Shown here: positions 1 through 10,130 of the stretch, in pieces
Layout: every line of letters starts with the position of its first letter
Position numbering within the stretch: position 1 is the first letter of the stretch
From: a bacterium
GTDB taxonomy: Bacteria; JADJOY01
Direction of reading: 5' to 3'
NCBI GenBank assembly: GCA_046331705.1
Contig: JAXLQJ010000002.1
Coordinates: 204,370-268,369, forward strand
DNA length: 64,000 bases
The notes under the pieces: generated by a model
What the model saw: the letters and a program-made list of their open reading frames with translations, nothing else
Databases searched by the model: none
What the model was told of the DNA's origin: nothing
Made by a program: the position numbers and the translations under genes

Positions 1-429
1 CTCGTCGACTGGGAGCAGAAGCTCGACGGTTACGCCTTCTTCGACGACATGCACACCTACGCGGACGAGACCGGTGCCTTGCGGCTGATCCTGGGCCGTC
101 CGCCAGCGACGTTCGCAGTGGATGCGAGCGGCTGCCTCACACGCGACGGCCTGCGCTTGCGGCGAATCGCCGGGCACGGGTCGAATCCGCTCACGGGGCG
201 AAGCTACGTGCCCGACCGGGTGGAAACGGAGGCCGGCGACCTCGTCGCGAGCATCGAGTTCGAGGACGTGGAGACGGGACTGCCGCTACTCGCCAGCGAG
301 CGCAACGGCACCAAGCAACGGCTCTTCCACGACCCGTACCACCCGAACGAGACCGGTGCGTTGATCCTGGCCATCCTCACCGCGCAAGCGCTGCGGGACC
401 TCGAGGCCCACGGGAAGATCCCAGGCTGA
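1..429 (+). CDS. SGNH/GDSL-hydrolase-like protein, C-terminal part (runs off the window start)
   Basis: Frame is open from base 1 (LVDWEQKLDGYAFFDDMH...); ends with LFHDPYHPNETG, the DxxHPNxxG block V motif of SGNH hydrolases. Confidence 0.6.
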   Translation, partial: LVDWEQKLDGYAFFDDMHTYADETGALRLILGRPPATFAVDASGCLTRDGLRLRRIAGHGSNPLTGRSYVPDRVETEAGDLVASIEFEDVETGLPLLASERNGTKQRLFHDPYHPNETGALILAILTAQALRDLEAHGKIPG

Positions 430-452
430 GCACCGCGACACTCGCGACCCGC

Positions 453-770
453 TCACCCGCCGCCGAGCGGCGCGCGCGGCGCTCTCCCGCCTCTTCGACG
501 ACCGCGTCGCGCGACGGCGACCGCGACGCCCACGATCGCGAAGCCGATGCGATCGAGGCTGGCGAGGGTCACCTGCTTCCAGCTCACGTCCTTGGGCCAC
601 TCGATCATCCGCGCGTACGCCTTCGCCGTCCCCGTCAGCTCGCGCACCAGCGTGCGCAACGCATCCGCGATGGAGACGGGCACCACGTCCTTCGCGAGGC
701 GACCCGGTACGGGATCGATCGGCTGTGTGGGCGCGTCGCGAGGTTGCGGCGAGATCATGGCGACTCCCAT
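453..770 (-). CDS. Small hypothetical protein with C-terminal hydrophobic helix and Arg-rich tail
   Basis: ORF MGVAMISPQP...IGFAIVGVAVAVARRGRRR fills the gap between neighbours; no family recognised. Confidence 0.4.
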   Translation of the reverse strand: MGVAMISPQPRDAPTQPIDPVPGRLAKDVVPVSIADALRTLVRELTGTAKAYARMIEWPKDVSWKQVTLASLDRIGFAIVGVAVAVARRGRRRGGRAPRAPLGGG

Positions 771-941
771 CTTACCGGCGCCGGCCGAGTACGCCAGCGA
801 GCGCCCGTCGCCGAGCGCGCGCGGCACACCGCGGCGACCGTTCGAGCCGGCCATTCGGTTGCCCGTGCGCGAGGGGCTCCGCTACAGTCCGCGGCAATCG
901 CAACCGAGTTGCGCTTCGTCGTCGCCGTCGCGGTTCCTTCC

Positions 942-1691
942 ATGGCCGGCATCTGGTTCGCCACCCTCGTCAGCGTCACGCTGGTCAGCCTGATCTCCCT
1001 CGTCGGCGTGGTCTTCATCGCCGTGAGCGAGGTCAAGCTCAAGGCGATCGTGTTCCTGCTGGTGAGCACCGCCGTGGGCGCGCTGTTCGGCGACACGTTC
1101 ATCCACCTCCTGCCCGAAGCGTTCGCGAGCGAGGCGAACGCGCGCCGCGCGTCGCTGCTGGTGCTCGCCGGAATCCTGGCTTTCTTCATGCTGGAGAAGT
1201 TCCTGCGCTGGCACCACCACCACACCGTCGAGGACGAGCACCAGATCCACCCGATGGGGTACATGAACCTGGTGGCGGACGCCGTACACAACGGAATCGA
1301 CGGCTTGCTGATCGGCGCGTCCTTCCTCACCAGCACGGAGCTCGGCATCGCCACGACCGTGGCCGTCGTGCTCCACGAGATCCCGAGCGAGATCTGCCGC
1401 TTCGGCGTCCTGGTCCACGCCGGGTTCTCGAAGTCGCGCGCGCTCTGGCTCAACTTGCTATCGGGCATGGTCTCGATCGCCGGAGCGGTCGTGGCGCTGC
1501 TGCTCGGCACGCGCTCGCACGGCTTCGTGGAGATGATGCAGCCGCTCACCGCGGGCGGATTCATCTACGTCGCCGGCACGGACCTCTTGCCCGAGCTCTC
1601 CCACGACCTCGAGCCCCGCAAGTCCGCGCTGCAGATCCTCTGCATGTCCGCGGGCGTGGGGCTCATGTACGCGCTCACCCTCGTCGAGTGA
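942..1691 (+). CDS. ZIP family metal (Zn) transporter
   Basis: Multiple TM helices, His-rich loop WHHHHT, DAVHNGIDG and LHEIP signature motifs. Confidence 0.92.
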   Translation: MAGIWFATLVSVTLVSLISLVGVVFIAVSEVKLKAIVFLLVSTAVGALFGDTFIHLLPEAFASEANARRASLLVLAGILAFFMLEKFLRWHHHHTVEDEHQIHPMGYMNLVADAVHNGIDGLLIGASFLTSTELGIATTVAVVLHEIPSEICRFGVLVHAGFSKSRALWLNLLSGMVSIAGAVVALLLGTRSHGFVEMMQPLTAGGFIYVAGTDLLPELSHDLEPRKSALQILCMSAGVGLMYALTLVE

Positions 1692-1747
1692 GGCGGGTGC
1701 GCGCGCCGCGCCCCGCCGCGGCCGGGGCTGGCTATTGCCGAGGCCGG

Positions 1748-1768
1748 AATGTTAACGTCTTTAACATT
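1748..1768. promoter_or_regulatory. Perfect AT-rich palindrome AATGTTAA-N5-TTAACATT, probable operator
   Basis: Exact 8-bp inverted repeat 33 bp upstream of ATG 1802, in a GC-rich background. Confidence 0.65.
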
Positions 1769-1801
1769 CACCTGCTCCATCCACCCAGCCCGGAGTCACC
1801 C

Positions 1802-2740
1802 ATGAAACACCGTGCTCGATCCATGTCCTTCGTTCGCCCGTCGACCGTGCTCGTGCTCGCGGCGGCGGTCTTCCTCGCGTCGTGTCAGCCGCCGCGCCCC
1901 ACCACCGGGCCCGGGTCGACCGCGAGCTACATCGCCACCTCCGCGCAGGTCTCGACCTCCGGTGCCGCGAGCCCCACCGACAACACCAAGGTCACCTGGT
2001 ACGTGCCGAACGTGCTCAAACACGGGACGTCGGCGCCGGTGGTGCTCTTCCTGCACGGCTTCCAGGCGGGCGATCCCGCCCTCTACATCGCCCACATCCA
2101 GCACCTCTGGCATCAGGGCTACATCGTGGTGTTCCCCAGCTACAACACCTCGAACCCGTTCAACGACCTCGATCAGAACCTGATGGTCGACCGAATCGTG
2201 CGCAACGCCAACACCGCGTTCACGGCGCTCGGCGCCAGCGCGGAGCTCGACCACCTCTACGTCTACGGCCACTCGGCCGGGGCCGCGTTCGGCTCGGTGT
2301 GGCAGCTCAACAGCGGGATCGCGCCCGTGGGCCTGGTGCTCGCGCATCCGGCGCTCGACTCGGGCCCGGTGCCCGTTCCGGGGATCGTCCTGGTGGACTT
2401 CGCCGGCGAGGCGCCCGCGACCACCGCGCCGGTCGTGATCCTGACCGGCGACGAGGACACGCTCGCGCCGCCGAGCGCCTCGGTCACGCTCCACGGCTAT
2501 CTCACCGGCGCACCCTCGCGGGTCGTTTGGGAAGCCCGCACCGACGATCAGGAATCGCCGCCCATCCACACCGACCACCTCCAGCCGCTCACGATCGGCG
2601 GCGCGGCGGACACAATGGACTGGCGCTACTACTGGTCGGCGCTCGACCAGATGCTGGCCGGCGACGCGACCCCCACCTTCGACATGGGCAACTGGTCGAG
2701 CGGCCCGGCGGTCCTCCCGCCGGTCCAGCTGGCGAGCTGA
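1802..2740 (+). CDS. Lipoprotein alpha/beta hydrolase (chlorophyllase/esterase-like)
   Basis: Lipobox FLASC; FLHGF oxyanion region, GHSAG nucleophile elbow, TGDEDT acid, TDH histidine; GGAG RBS. Confidence 0.8.
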   Translation: MKHRARSMSFVRPSTVLVLAAAVFLASCQPPRPTTGPGSTASYIATSAQVSTSGAASPTDNTKVTWYVPNVLKHGTSAPVVLFLHGFQAGDPALYIAHIQHLWHQGYIVVFPSYNTSNPFNDLDQNLMVDRIVRNANTAFTALGASAELDHLYVYGHSAGAAFGSVWQLNSGIAPVGLVLAHPALDSGPVPVPGIVLVDFAGEAPATTAPVVILTGDEDTLAPPSASVTLHGYLTGAPSRVVWEARTDDQESPPIHTDHLQPLTIGGAADTMDWRYYWSALDQMLAGDATPTFDMGNWSSGPAVLPPVQLAS

Positions 2741-2983
2741 GCCGCACGGGCGTCACGGCAGCCACGGCCGCTCGGAAAATTCTTCGCGAAAATGCTTTGA
2801 TTACGGAGATCCATCAGATAATTTCCTGCTGTTCGTTCCGCTCCCCTAGGAGCAGGACACTTCGAACAACGCACACGATTCGTCTCCATCGCTCACCGTT
2901 TTTGGTGTGAGATGGGACGGTCAACTAGGTCGAGCTTTCGGACGTCTCCCAGGAGTGCCGGAAGTCGAATCGAGGTAGCACCA

Positions 2984-3187
2984 ATGGCAGTTGGTACCGT
3001 GAAGTGGTTCAACGATGCGAAGGGTTTTGGCTTCATCACCCCGGCGGATGGCTCGAAGGACGTGTTCGTCCATCACAGCGCCATCACGATGGAGGGGTTC
3101 CGCACCCTGTCCGAGGGACAGCGCGTCGAGTACGAGGTGACGCAAGGTGCGAAGGGGCCTGCAGCGCAGAACGTGCGGCCCGTCTGA
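2984..3187 (+). CDS. cspA: Cold-shock protein
   Basis: [15 protein letters not shown] (RNP1), DVFVHHSAI (RNP2), KGPAAQNV; 67 aa; GAGGT RBS. Confidence 0.96.
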   Translation: MAVGTVKWFNDAKGFGFITPADGSKDVFVHHSAITMEGFRTLSEGQRVEYEVTQGAKGPAAQNVRPV

Positions 3188-3239
3188 CGACGCTCACGTT
3201 CCGGCCGTCCGCGTGACGGCCGGTGCATCGACCCTGAAG

Positions 3240-3275
3240 GCGCCCGACCGGTATCCGGTCGGGCGCTTTTCTTTT
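3240..3275 (+). terminator. Rho-independent terminator after cspA
   Basis: GCGCCCGACCGG-TAT-CCGGTCGGGCGC 12-bp stem followed by TTTTCTTTT. Confidence 0.9.
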
Positions 3276-3377
3276 GTCCATCGGCCGCCCGCGAAATGCC
3301 CCGGCCACGCGGGCGGGCCCCGGCGTCGCTCCGCCGCGACACGCGCGCGAGCGCGAAACGGCCCCCCCCGAGACCGC

Positions 3378-4865
3378 TCAGTCGTCCTCGCCGCTCGCCT
3401 CCGGTGCCACGCGGCCCGCGGCGCGCTCGGCCAGCACCTTGAGCTTCTTCTGCAGCCCCATCCGCGAGAGCCCGAGACGCTCGGCGGCGCGCGAGGCGTT
3501 GCCGCCACACTCGGCGAGCACCCGATCGATGAGCCGCCGCTCGAACGCATCGCGGGCGTCGCGCAGGCTGGTCAGCACCGCCGCCTCGTCGTTGGCCGCC
3601 GGGATCGGCGGCGTGGGTTGCGTCGGCGCCATGCGGATTCGCGGCGACAGCTGGTTCACGTCGATCCAGCCGTCGGGCTCGGTCAGCACCGAGGCGCGCT
3701 CGAGCTCGTTCTCGAGCTCGCGGATGTTGCCCGGGAACGGGTAGTGGCAGAGCAGATCGAGCGCCACCGGGCGGATCCCCGAGATGCGCTTGCCGAGCTT
3801 CTTCTGCATGCGGCTCAGCACCAGCGCCACCAGGAGCGGCACGTCGTCGCGACGCTCGCGGAGCGGCGGCAGGAAGATGGGGAACACGCTGATCCGGTAG
3901 TAGAGGTCCTCCCGGAAGCGGCCGTCGCGGACCTCCTCGGCGAGGTCGCAATGCGTGGCGCTGATGAGCCGCACGTCGATGGGAATCTCGTCCACCGCGC
4001 CCACCGGTCGGATCACCCGCTCCTGCACGGCGCGCAAGAGCTTCACCTGCATCGCCGGCGACATGTCGGCGACCTCGTCGAGGAAGAGCGTCCCGCCGCT
4101 CGCGACCTCGAAGAGCCCCTTGCGATCGCTGGTGGCGCCCGTGAAGGCGCCGCGGCGGTAGCCGAAGAGCTCGCTCTCGAGCAGCGTCTCGGTGATCGCA
4201 CCGCAGTTCACGGCGACGAAGCGCCCCTCGGCGCGGCCGCTCGCCGCGTGGATGGCGCGCGCGATCCGCTCCTTGCCGGTGCCGGATTCTCCGCACAGCA
4301 GCACCGTGACGTCCGCCGGCGCCACCTTGAGCGCCAGCTCGAGTGCCTCGCGCACGCCACTCGACTTGCCGACGAAGCCCTCGATCTCCTCGCGCTCGCG
4401 CACCTCGAAGCGCAGCGCTCGGTAATCCTCCTTGAGGCGCTCGTGAGCCGCGGCGAGCTCCTCGTAGAGCCGCCGATTCTCGATCCGGAGCCGGCGTGCC
4501 TCGAGCGCACGGCGCACCCGCGCCGCGAGATCGTCCGGATCCCACGGCTTCGAGATGTAGTAGTAGATGTGGCCCTCGTTGACCGCCGCCACCACGCTCT
4601 CGATGTCCGTGTAGCCGGTGAAGAGGATCCGCACGACGTCGGGGTGGCGCGCGTGCACCTCCTTCAGGAACTCGACCCCCGTCATCACCGGCATGCGCTG
4701 GTCGGCCAGCACCACCGCGAACGTCTCGCTCTCCATCAGCGCCAACGCGGCGCGGCCGTCGCTGGCGCGGCGCACGCGGAAGTGCTCTCCCAGCGTCACC
4801 TCGAGCGAGTCGAGGACTCGTTCCTCGTCGTCCACGATCAAGACGGTCTCGTCCGGCTGGCTCAC
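3378..4865 (-). CDS. Sigma-54-dependent response regulator (REC-AAA+-Fis HTH, NtrC family)
   Basis: LIVDDE receiver, DQRMP, GESGTGKE Walker A, GAFTGA, LFLDEV, PGNIREL, C-terminal HTH; GTG start overlaps upstream stop (GTGA). Confidence 0.95.
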   Translation of the reverse strand: MSQPDETVLIVDDEERVLDSLEVTLGEHFRVRRASDGRAALALMESETFAVVLADQRMPVMTGVEFLKEVHARHPDVVRILFTGYTDIESVVAAVNEGHIYYYISKPWDPDDLAARVRRALEARRLRIENRRLYEELAAAHERLKEDYRALRFEVREREEIEGFVGKSSGVREALELALKVAPADVTVLLCGESGTGKERIARAIHAASGRAEGRFVAVNCGAITETLLESELFGYRRGAFTGATSDRKGLFEVASGGTLFLDEVADMSPAMQVKLLRAVQERVIRPVGAVDEIPIDVRLISATHCDLAEEVRDGRFREDLYYRISVFPIFLPPLRERRDDVPLLVALVLSRMQKKLGKRISGIRPVALDLLCHYPFPGNIRELENELERASVLTEPDGWIDVNQLSPRIRMAPTQPTPPIPAANDEAAVLTSLRDARDAFERRLIDRVLAECGGNASRAAERLGLSRMGLQKKLKVLAERAAGRVAPEASGEDD

Positions 4866-6787
4866 GCGCGCACCTCGTCGTTGGTCTTGCCGCGGACGGG
4901 CAAGCGCACCAGGAACTCGGCCCCGCCCGCGGGATGATTGCTCGCTTCGATCGTGCCGCCGTGATCGCGGACGATCCCGTAGCTCACCGAGAGCCCCAAG
5001 CCGGTGCCGCGAGTGGGGCCCTTGGTGGTGAAGAACGGTTCGAAGAGCCTGCTCGCGACCCCCGGCGCCAAGCCCGGCCCGGAGTCGCGGACGCGAATCT
5101 CGATCTGCTGCGGCGCCTCGCCCGTCGCGGGGCGAACGCACGACGCGATCCACACGTCGCCACGTCCGTCGATCGCATCGAGCGCGTTCGCCAGCAGGTT
5201 CACGAACACCTGATTGAGCGAGCCCGCCCTGCATGCGTAACGTGGCAGCCGGCCGTAGTCGCGGTGCACCTCGACGTTGGTGCCGTCGACGCGGTGATTG
5301 AGCAGCATCAGCGCGGTGTCGAGACTCTCGTTGAGGTCGATGGATTGGATCTCGCCTTCGCCGGCGCGCGCGAAGGTCCGGAGCTTCTCGACGATCGTCT
5401 TGGTGCGCTCGGCGCCGACCTGGCACCCGTCGATGAGCTTGCCGACCTTGGCGCTCAGGTCGTCGAGGCGCGCGCGATCCTGAGACGACGCCTCGCCCGC
5501 GGCGCCCGTCGCGCCGTCGCTGGCGCCACCGCTCGCGCCCGCGCCGCGCCGCGCGATCTCCTCGATCTCGCGGACGTAGCGAGCCAGGACTCTCACGTTC
5601 GCGTAGAGGAAGCCGAGCGGGTTGTTCATCTCGTGCGCGACACCCGCCACCAGCTCGCCGAGGGCGGCGAGCTTCGCCGACTGGACGAGCTGCGCCTGTG
5701 TCGTCTCGAGCTCGCCCTTGGCGCGCGCGAGGTCTTCCATGCGGCCCTCGAGCGTGGTGGTCGCGATGCGCAGCTCGCGGGAGATCCTGAGCACCACCAT
5801 CGACGACACCAGGCTCACCAGCACCACCGCGGCGAGGGTCACCACGAAGGTGTCGCGCCCCACCGACGCGATCCGACCGAAGAACTCCTGGAGCGGCACC
5901 GCGAGCAACACCGCCCATCCGCTCACCAGCGAGCTCGGTCCCAGGCCGACGCCGATGCCGCCCAGGAGCGCATCGCTCGTGTGCACCACCAGCGGATCGG
6001 CGGATCGCACCGCCTGCGCCAGCGCGCCGACGCTCGACTCCCGCAAGCGCGCTGGCGTCCAAGCCGCCGGGATCTCGGCGGGTGCCTCGAGAAGCGCGCG
6101 CCCGTCTTCCAGGATCACGGCGACGCTGCGCGGGCCGCGCCGCAGCCCGTCGAGCGCCTCGCGCACCACGCGCAGGTCGAGGTCGAGGACGAGCTTGCCG
6201 ACGGGGCGTCGATCGTCGTCGCGCACCACCGTACCGAACCGAAGCTGGCTCGCGCCTCCGGGCACGAGCCGCTCGACCGGAGGCTCGAGCTCGTCGGAGG
6301 CCGCATCGCGGATGGCGGCGAACGCCGCCTCGAGGTCGTCGCCAGCAGCGCGCATCGCGTCGCGGCGCGTGCGTGCCACCACGCCGCCGCCTTCGTCGCG
6401 GTAAGCGATCATCACGTACGCGGGGGACGCCTCCAGGAGCTGGCGCAGCGAGTCCTCGAGCGCGGCGGCGTCCTGCTCGACGGCGTCGTTGAAACCGAAC
6501 ACCACGTCGAAGTGGTAGCGCTGGATGAGCGCGCTGTGGGAGAGCGCCTTGAGGTCGCTGGCCGAGCGCGCCAACAGACCGTCGATGCGGCGCTGGGCCT
6601 CGCCCAACGCTCGTTCGATGCCGGCGCGCTCTTGCAGCTCGGCCTCGCGTCGCACGGTTCGGTGGCTCCACCACCCCATCAGCCCGAGCATCAGCGCCAC
6701 CAGCGGCAGGATCGTGAGCAAGATCCGGGTCTCCGGGCGCCGGCCGGTCGCGCCCATGGCCGCCGGTGGCCGCGTCCCGGCGCTCAT
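4862..6787 (-). CDS. Membrane sensor histidine kinase with periplasmic Cache-like domain
   Basis: Two TM helices, AGVAHEMNNPL H-box, NLLANA, DSGPG, FEPFFTTK, GTGLGL. Confidence 0.93.
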   Translation of the reverse strand: MSAGTRPPAAMGATGRRPETRILLTILPLVALMLGLMGWWSHRTVRREAELQERAGIERALGEAQRRIDGLLARSASDLKALSHSALIQRYHFDVVFGFNDAVEQDAAALEDSLRQLLEASPAYVMIAYRDEGGGVVARTRRDAMRAAGDDLEAAFAAIRDAASDELEPPVERLVPGGASQLRFGTVVRDDDRRPVGKLVLDLDLRVVREALDGLRRGPRSVAVILEDGRALLEAPAEIPAAWTPARLRESSVGALAQAVRSADPLVVHTSDALLGGIGVGLGPSSLVSGWAVLLAVPLQEFFGRIASVGRDTFVVTLAAVVLVSLVSSMVVLRISRELRIATTTLEGRMEDLARAKGELETTQAQLVQSAKLAALGELVAGVAHEMNNPLGFLYANVRVLARYVREIEEIARRGAGASGGASDGATGAAGEASSQDRARLDDLSAKVGKLIDGCQVGAERTKTIVEKLRTFARAGEGEIQSIDLNESLDTALMLLNHRVDGTNVEVHRDYGRLPRYACRAGSLNQVFVNLLANALDAIDGRGDVWIASCVRPATGEAPQQIEIRVRDSGPGLAPGVASRLFEPFFTTKGPTRGTGLGLSVSYGIVRDHGGTIEASNHPAGGAEFLVRLPVRGKTNDEVRA

Positions 6788-7731
6788 CGCACCACCTTCG
6801 ATGCGTGCGCCTCGAGGTCGTGCGGAATGGCGAGCCCCAGCTCGGCCGCGACCTTGCCGTTGATCGCCACGCTCTCGGGCGGGTCGGAGACCGGCACTTG
6901 CGAGGCCGCTTCTCCGCCGAGAATCCGTCGCGCGAGCTCGGCGGCGCGCCGTCCCAACGCTCCATCGTCCACGTACACCGAGGCCAGCGCGCCCTCGCCG
7001 ACCAGCTGCTCGGCGTGCACCAGCAGCGGCAAGCGCCGCTCGCGCGCGGTCCTGAGCAAGAGCGGCACGGTGTCCGGATTGATCCAGGTGCGATCCGGCG
7101 ACACCCACAACGCGTCGACCGCGTCCGCCCCGGTGGTGGCCGCCATCAGCGCGTCGGCGGCATCGCCCTTGTTCACCGCGGGAATCGGCACCGGCTGCAC
7201 CCCGAGCTCGCGAGCGGCACGCTCGGCTTCGGCGACCCACGCCGCCGAGCGATCCGGATCGAAGGGGATGCCGACACGCGCGGTGCGCGGCGCCAGCCGC
7301 TTGAGGAGCTTGAGCTGCGAGCTCGCGGGCACCACCTGACGGACGCCGGTGAGGTTCTCGGCGCTGGCGCCCGCGCCCACGGGATTCAGCACGCGTGCGT
7401 AGATCACGGGCACGTCCGGCAGCTCGCGGTGCACCAGCGTCGTGGCGTTCGCGCCCAGCGTGAGGATCAACGCCGGCGGCAAACGCTCGAGCGCCTCGAC
7501 GAAACGTCGCACGTCGCCGCCCTCCGTGGGCAAGGTCAGCACGTCGACACGTGCCCCGACCGCGCCGCGAAACCCCGTGATCACGTCGTCGTAGAGCGCG
7601 AGGTCGCTCGACTTCACCGCCACGATGCGCGGCGGCGAAGCACCGTCCGCCGCGTGCGCGCGCGGCGCCGCGATCGACGACCACGCGGCGAGCCCGGCCA
7701 GGAGCGCGTGGCGAATCCCGACCCACCGCAT
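6784..7731 (-). CDS. ABC-type substrate-binding protein (ABC_sub_bind-like), secreted
   Basis: Signal peptide ending AHA; NLTGV, RVGIPFDP, GRRAAELARRILGG, INGKVAAELGLAIP motifs typical of this family. Confidence 0.85.
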   Translation of the reverse strand: MRWVGIRHALLAGLAAWSSIAAPRAHAADGASPPRIVAVKSSDLALYDDVITGFRGAVGARVDVLTLPTEGGDVRRFVEALERLPPALILTLGANATTLVHRELPDVPVIYARVLNPVGAGASAENLTGVRQVVPASSQLKLLKRLAPRTARVGIPFDPDRSAAWVAEAERAARELGVQPVPIPAVNKGDAADALMAATTGADAVDALWVSPDRTWINPDTVPLLLRTARERRLPLLVHAEQLVGEGALASVYVDDGALGRRAAELARRILGGEAASQVPVSDPPESVAINGKVAAELGLAIPHDLEAHASKVVR

Positions 7732-7742
7732 CGGGACTTCCC

Positions 7743-9821
7743 TCAGAATCCGATCGTCAGGCGAGCATCGACGATCCGGTTGCCGCGTCCCCAGATGGGC
7801 AGCTCCTCGTCGAGCAGATTCCAGCCTTCGAGGGCGATCTCGGCCCGATAGGAGCTGAGCTCCCAGCCGAGGCGCGCGTTGAGCAGCCTCGTTCCGGAGA
7901 TCGGAACGATGGTGTCGACGACCGACCCCGCGGTGAGCGTGGGCAGCGGGAACGCGAAGCCGTCCGACGTCGCTTCGAACGACACCAGACCGCGCCAGCC
8001 ACGTAGCCACGGCGCCGGGATCCGCGCGACACGGAAGTTGAAGTCGGCGCTCACGACGCCGCGATGGGTACCGAGCGCCTCCGCGATGTCGAGGTCGCCG
8101 TAGCGATCCGCCTGATCGTACGGGTCGATGTACGCGTAATCGAACGCGACGGTGAGCCACGGCACTGGCTTCACGTCCACGGACGCCTCTGCGCCGAACG
8201 CCCGGTAGGAATAGCGGTTCGCGAACGGGATGTTGATCGGCGGCTCGGGCAGCAGCGGACCGAAGCCGACGATGCCGTCGACGTCCTCCAGGAACGTCTC
8301 GAGCTGGGTGTAGAGGCGCCCGTCCCAGTAGGCACCGCGATACCCGATCTCGTACGAGGTCAGCTCCTGGTAATCCAGGCTCGGGCTGCCGCGCAGCACC
8401 AGCAGGTTCGCCGCCGTGTCTCCCAGCAGGACCGGCGTCACGTCGAAGCGGCCGTAGAGCCCGAAGAGCGGGGGCGACGCGACACCTCGCCCCACGCCGA
8501 ACCGCACGCTGTGGTCGGGCGCCGGCTTCCACACCAGCGCGCCGCCGGGAATGAAGACCGTTCCCGCGGGATGGAGCGTGTCCACCCGCGAGCTGACCGA
8601 GAGCGAGAGATCGTCCGTGATCCGCCACTCGTCGGACGCGAACACGCCCAGCGTGTCGAGCGACTCGCGCTCGCGGAACAGCCCTCCCTCCACCGTCTGG
8701 AACTTGTACGCGAGCCCGAGAAGGAGGTGGTTGTCCGCCGGCAACGACAGCGTCTGGCGGAGCTCGGCATCCACGCGATCCGCGGTGTTCTCGAGCGGGA
8801 TCACCATGGCGGCGGCCTCGAGCCCGAACGCGAACTCGGTCCACGACACCTGCGCCGTGAGCTCGCCGCCCAGCAGCTCGCGTTGATGGCGCAACAGCGC
8901 GCTGCGCTCGGATGCGTCGTGCGCCTTGAACACCGTGCCGAAGAGCAGGTCGACGTCACCGTGGGTGAAGCTGCCGTCGAGCTCCCAGCGCGAGCGGTCC
9001 TCCAGATCGAGGACGTTGCGCAGCGAGACCTTGAGGAGATGGCTCGACGTGGCGTCGAGGTCGGGAAGCACGTTGTCGCGCCGCGAGAACTCCTCGACGT
9101 TCGTGAAGCCGGCGGTGATCTTGCTCGCCACCGCGCCCATCGAGAACCCGTGCGAGCCCATCAGGTCCGCGATCCCCGTGGGACCGCCCCCCGCGAGCTG
9201 AACGAGCGTGCCCTGGGTGCTCGGGTCGGCGGGATCGCGGGTCTTGATGTCGATCACCAGCGCCAACCCGCCGGGGCCGTAGATGGCGCCGTCGGGTCCT
9301 TGCACGACCTCGATCCTGTCGATGTCCGCCAAGAAGATCGGCAGCGGGGTCTCGAAATAGGTCCCGAGCCAGTCCTGCCGCACCGAGCGGCCGTCGAGGA
9401 GCACCTCGACGAACTGGAACCCCGCCGCGCTCGCCGAGCGCGCGGCGCCGACCTGGGTGTCGGCGGAGGTGGCGACCAGCGCACGCACCGACGGGACGCG
9501 CCGCAAGAACTCGCCCAGGTTCCGAGCGCCGGAGCTGCGGATGTCGTCGGCGGTGAAGACCTGCACGTTCACCGGCGAGCGCGAGAGCCGTTGCAGCCGC
9601 TTGCCGCCCGCGCCGATCAGCGGGTCCTCCTCGACCATCCACAGCATCTCCTCGTCGAGGCGCTCGGCCTCCGGCTTGCGCCCATCGACCGTCTCGGCGG
9701 GCTCCTCGGCTTGCGCACGGGGCATCCCGAGCGCCGCGAGCGCGGCGATCGCCGCGAGCAAGACGACGAGAATCGGAGATGGCCGCGCTCCGGCGCGCTG
9801 TGGACGCGCGGGAACGGGCAC
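7743..9821 (-). CDS. TonB-dependent receptor (start uncertain; GTG 9821 chosen because it lies downstream of the sigma54 promoter)
   Basis: Plug motifs VFTADDIRSSGA and IDRIEVVQGPDGAIYG, beta-barrel strands, NLLD motif, C-terminal Phe. Confidence 0.88.
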   Translation of the reverse strand: MPVPARPQRAGARPSPILVVLLAAIAALAALGMPRAQAEEPAETVDGRKPEAERLDEEMLWMVEEDPLIGAGGKRLQRLSRSPVNVQVFTADDIRSSGARNLGEFLRRVPSVRALVATSADTQVGAARSASAAGFQFVEVLLDGRSVRQDWLGTYFETPLPIFLADIDRIEVVQGPDGAIYGPGGLALVIDIKTRDPADPSTQGTLVQLAGGGPTGIADLMGSHGFSMGAVASKITAGFTNVEEFSRRDNVLPDLDATSSHLLKVSLRNVLDLEDRSRWELDGSFTHGDVDLLFGTVFKAHDASERSALLRHQRELLGGELTAQVSWTEFAFGLEAAAMVIPLENTADRVDAELRQTLSLPADNHLLLGLAYKFQTVEGGLFRERESLDTLGVFASDEWRITDDLSLSVSSRVDTLHPAGTVFIPGGALVWKPAPDHSVRFGVGRGVASPPLFGLYGRFDVTPVLLGDTAANLLVLRGSPSLDYQELTSYEIGYRGAYWDGRLYTQLETFLEDVDGIVGFGPLLPEPPINIPFANRYSYRAFGAEASVDVKPVPWLTVAFDYAYIDPYDQADRYGDLDIAEALGTHRGVVSADFNFRVARIPAPWLRGWRGLVSFEATSDGFAFPLPTLTAGSVVDTIVPISGTRLLNARLGWELSSYRAEIALEGWNLLDEELPIWGRGNRIVDARLTIGF

Positions 9822-9924
9822 GCGATGACGTGGGGAGAAGGCGCGGGAAATCACCAGCTCTGGGTGCCAGAATCCGGCACGCGGGTCAATCCGCCGCCGG
9901 GCCTCACTCTCGCGGGGCCTCGGC

Positions 9925-9940
9925 TGCACGCGAGGTGCCA
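9925..9940 (-). promoter_or_regulatory. Sigma-54 -24/-12 promoter
   Basis: Minus strand reads TGGCACCTCGCGTGCA (GG-N10-GC), upstream of the TonB receptor operon. Confidence 0.8.
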
Positions 9941-10024
9941 CCCTCGCCTCCCGCCGGAATCGGCGGAATCGACGGATTTCTGGGTGATCCTGCGCGATTC
10001 GCCGAGAGGGCGGGCGCCACCTGC

Positions 10025-10088
10025 CAACGAAAGTGGCGAGCGGTGCAACTTTCGTTGCGGGCGCGGCGCGCCTGGTGACGAAAGTTGC
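10025..10088. promoter_or_regulatory. Three copies of a 13-bp motif (YRACGAAAGTKGC), probable enhancer sites for a sigma54 activator
   Basis: CAACGAAAGTGGC (+,10025-10037), CAACGAAAGTTGC (-,10045-10057), TGACGAAAGTTGC (+,10076-10088); 85-150 bp upstream of the -24 box. Confidence 0.7.
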
Positions 10089-10130
10089 GCGGCGGGGCTG
10101 GACGCGGTGTCTGACGCGTCAGCGCCCGAA

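Noticed and set aside
2770-2983. AT-richer stretch upstream of cspA as a foreign insert or novel element
   Set aside because: Long, AT-richer promoter/5' leaders are normal for csp genes
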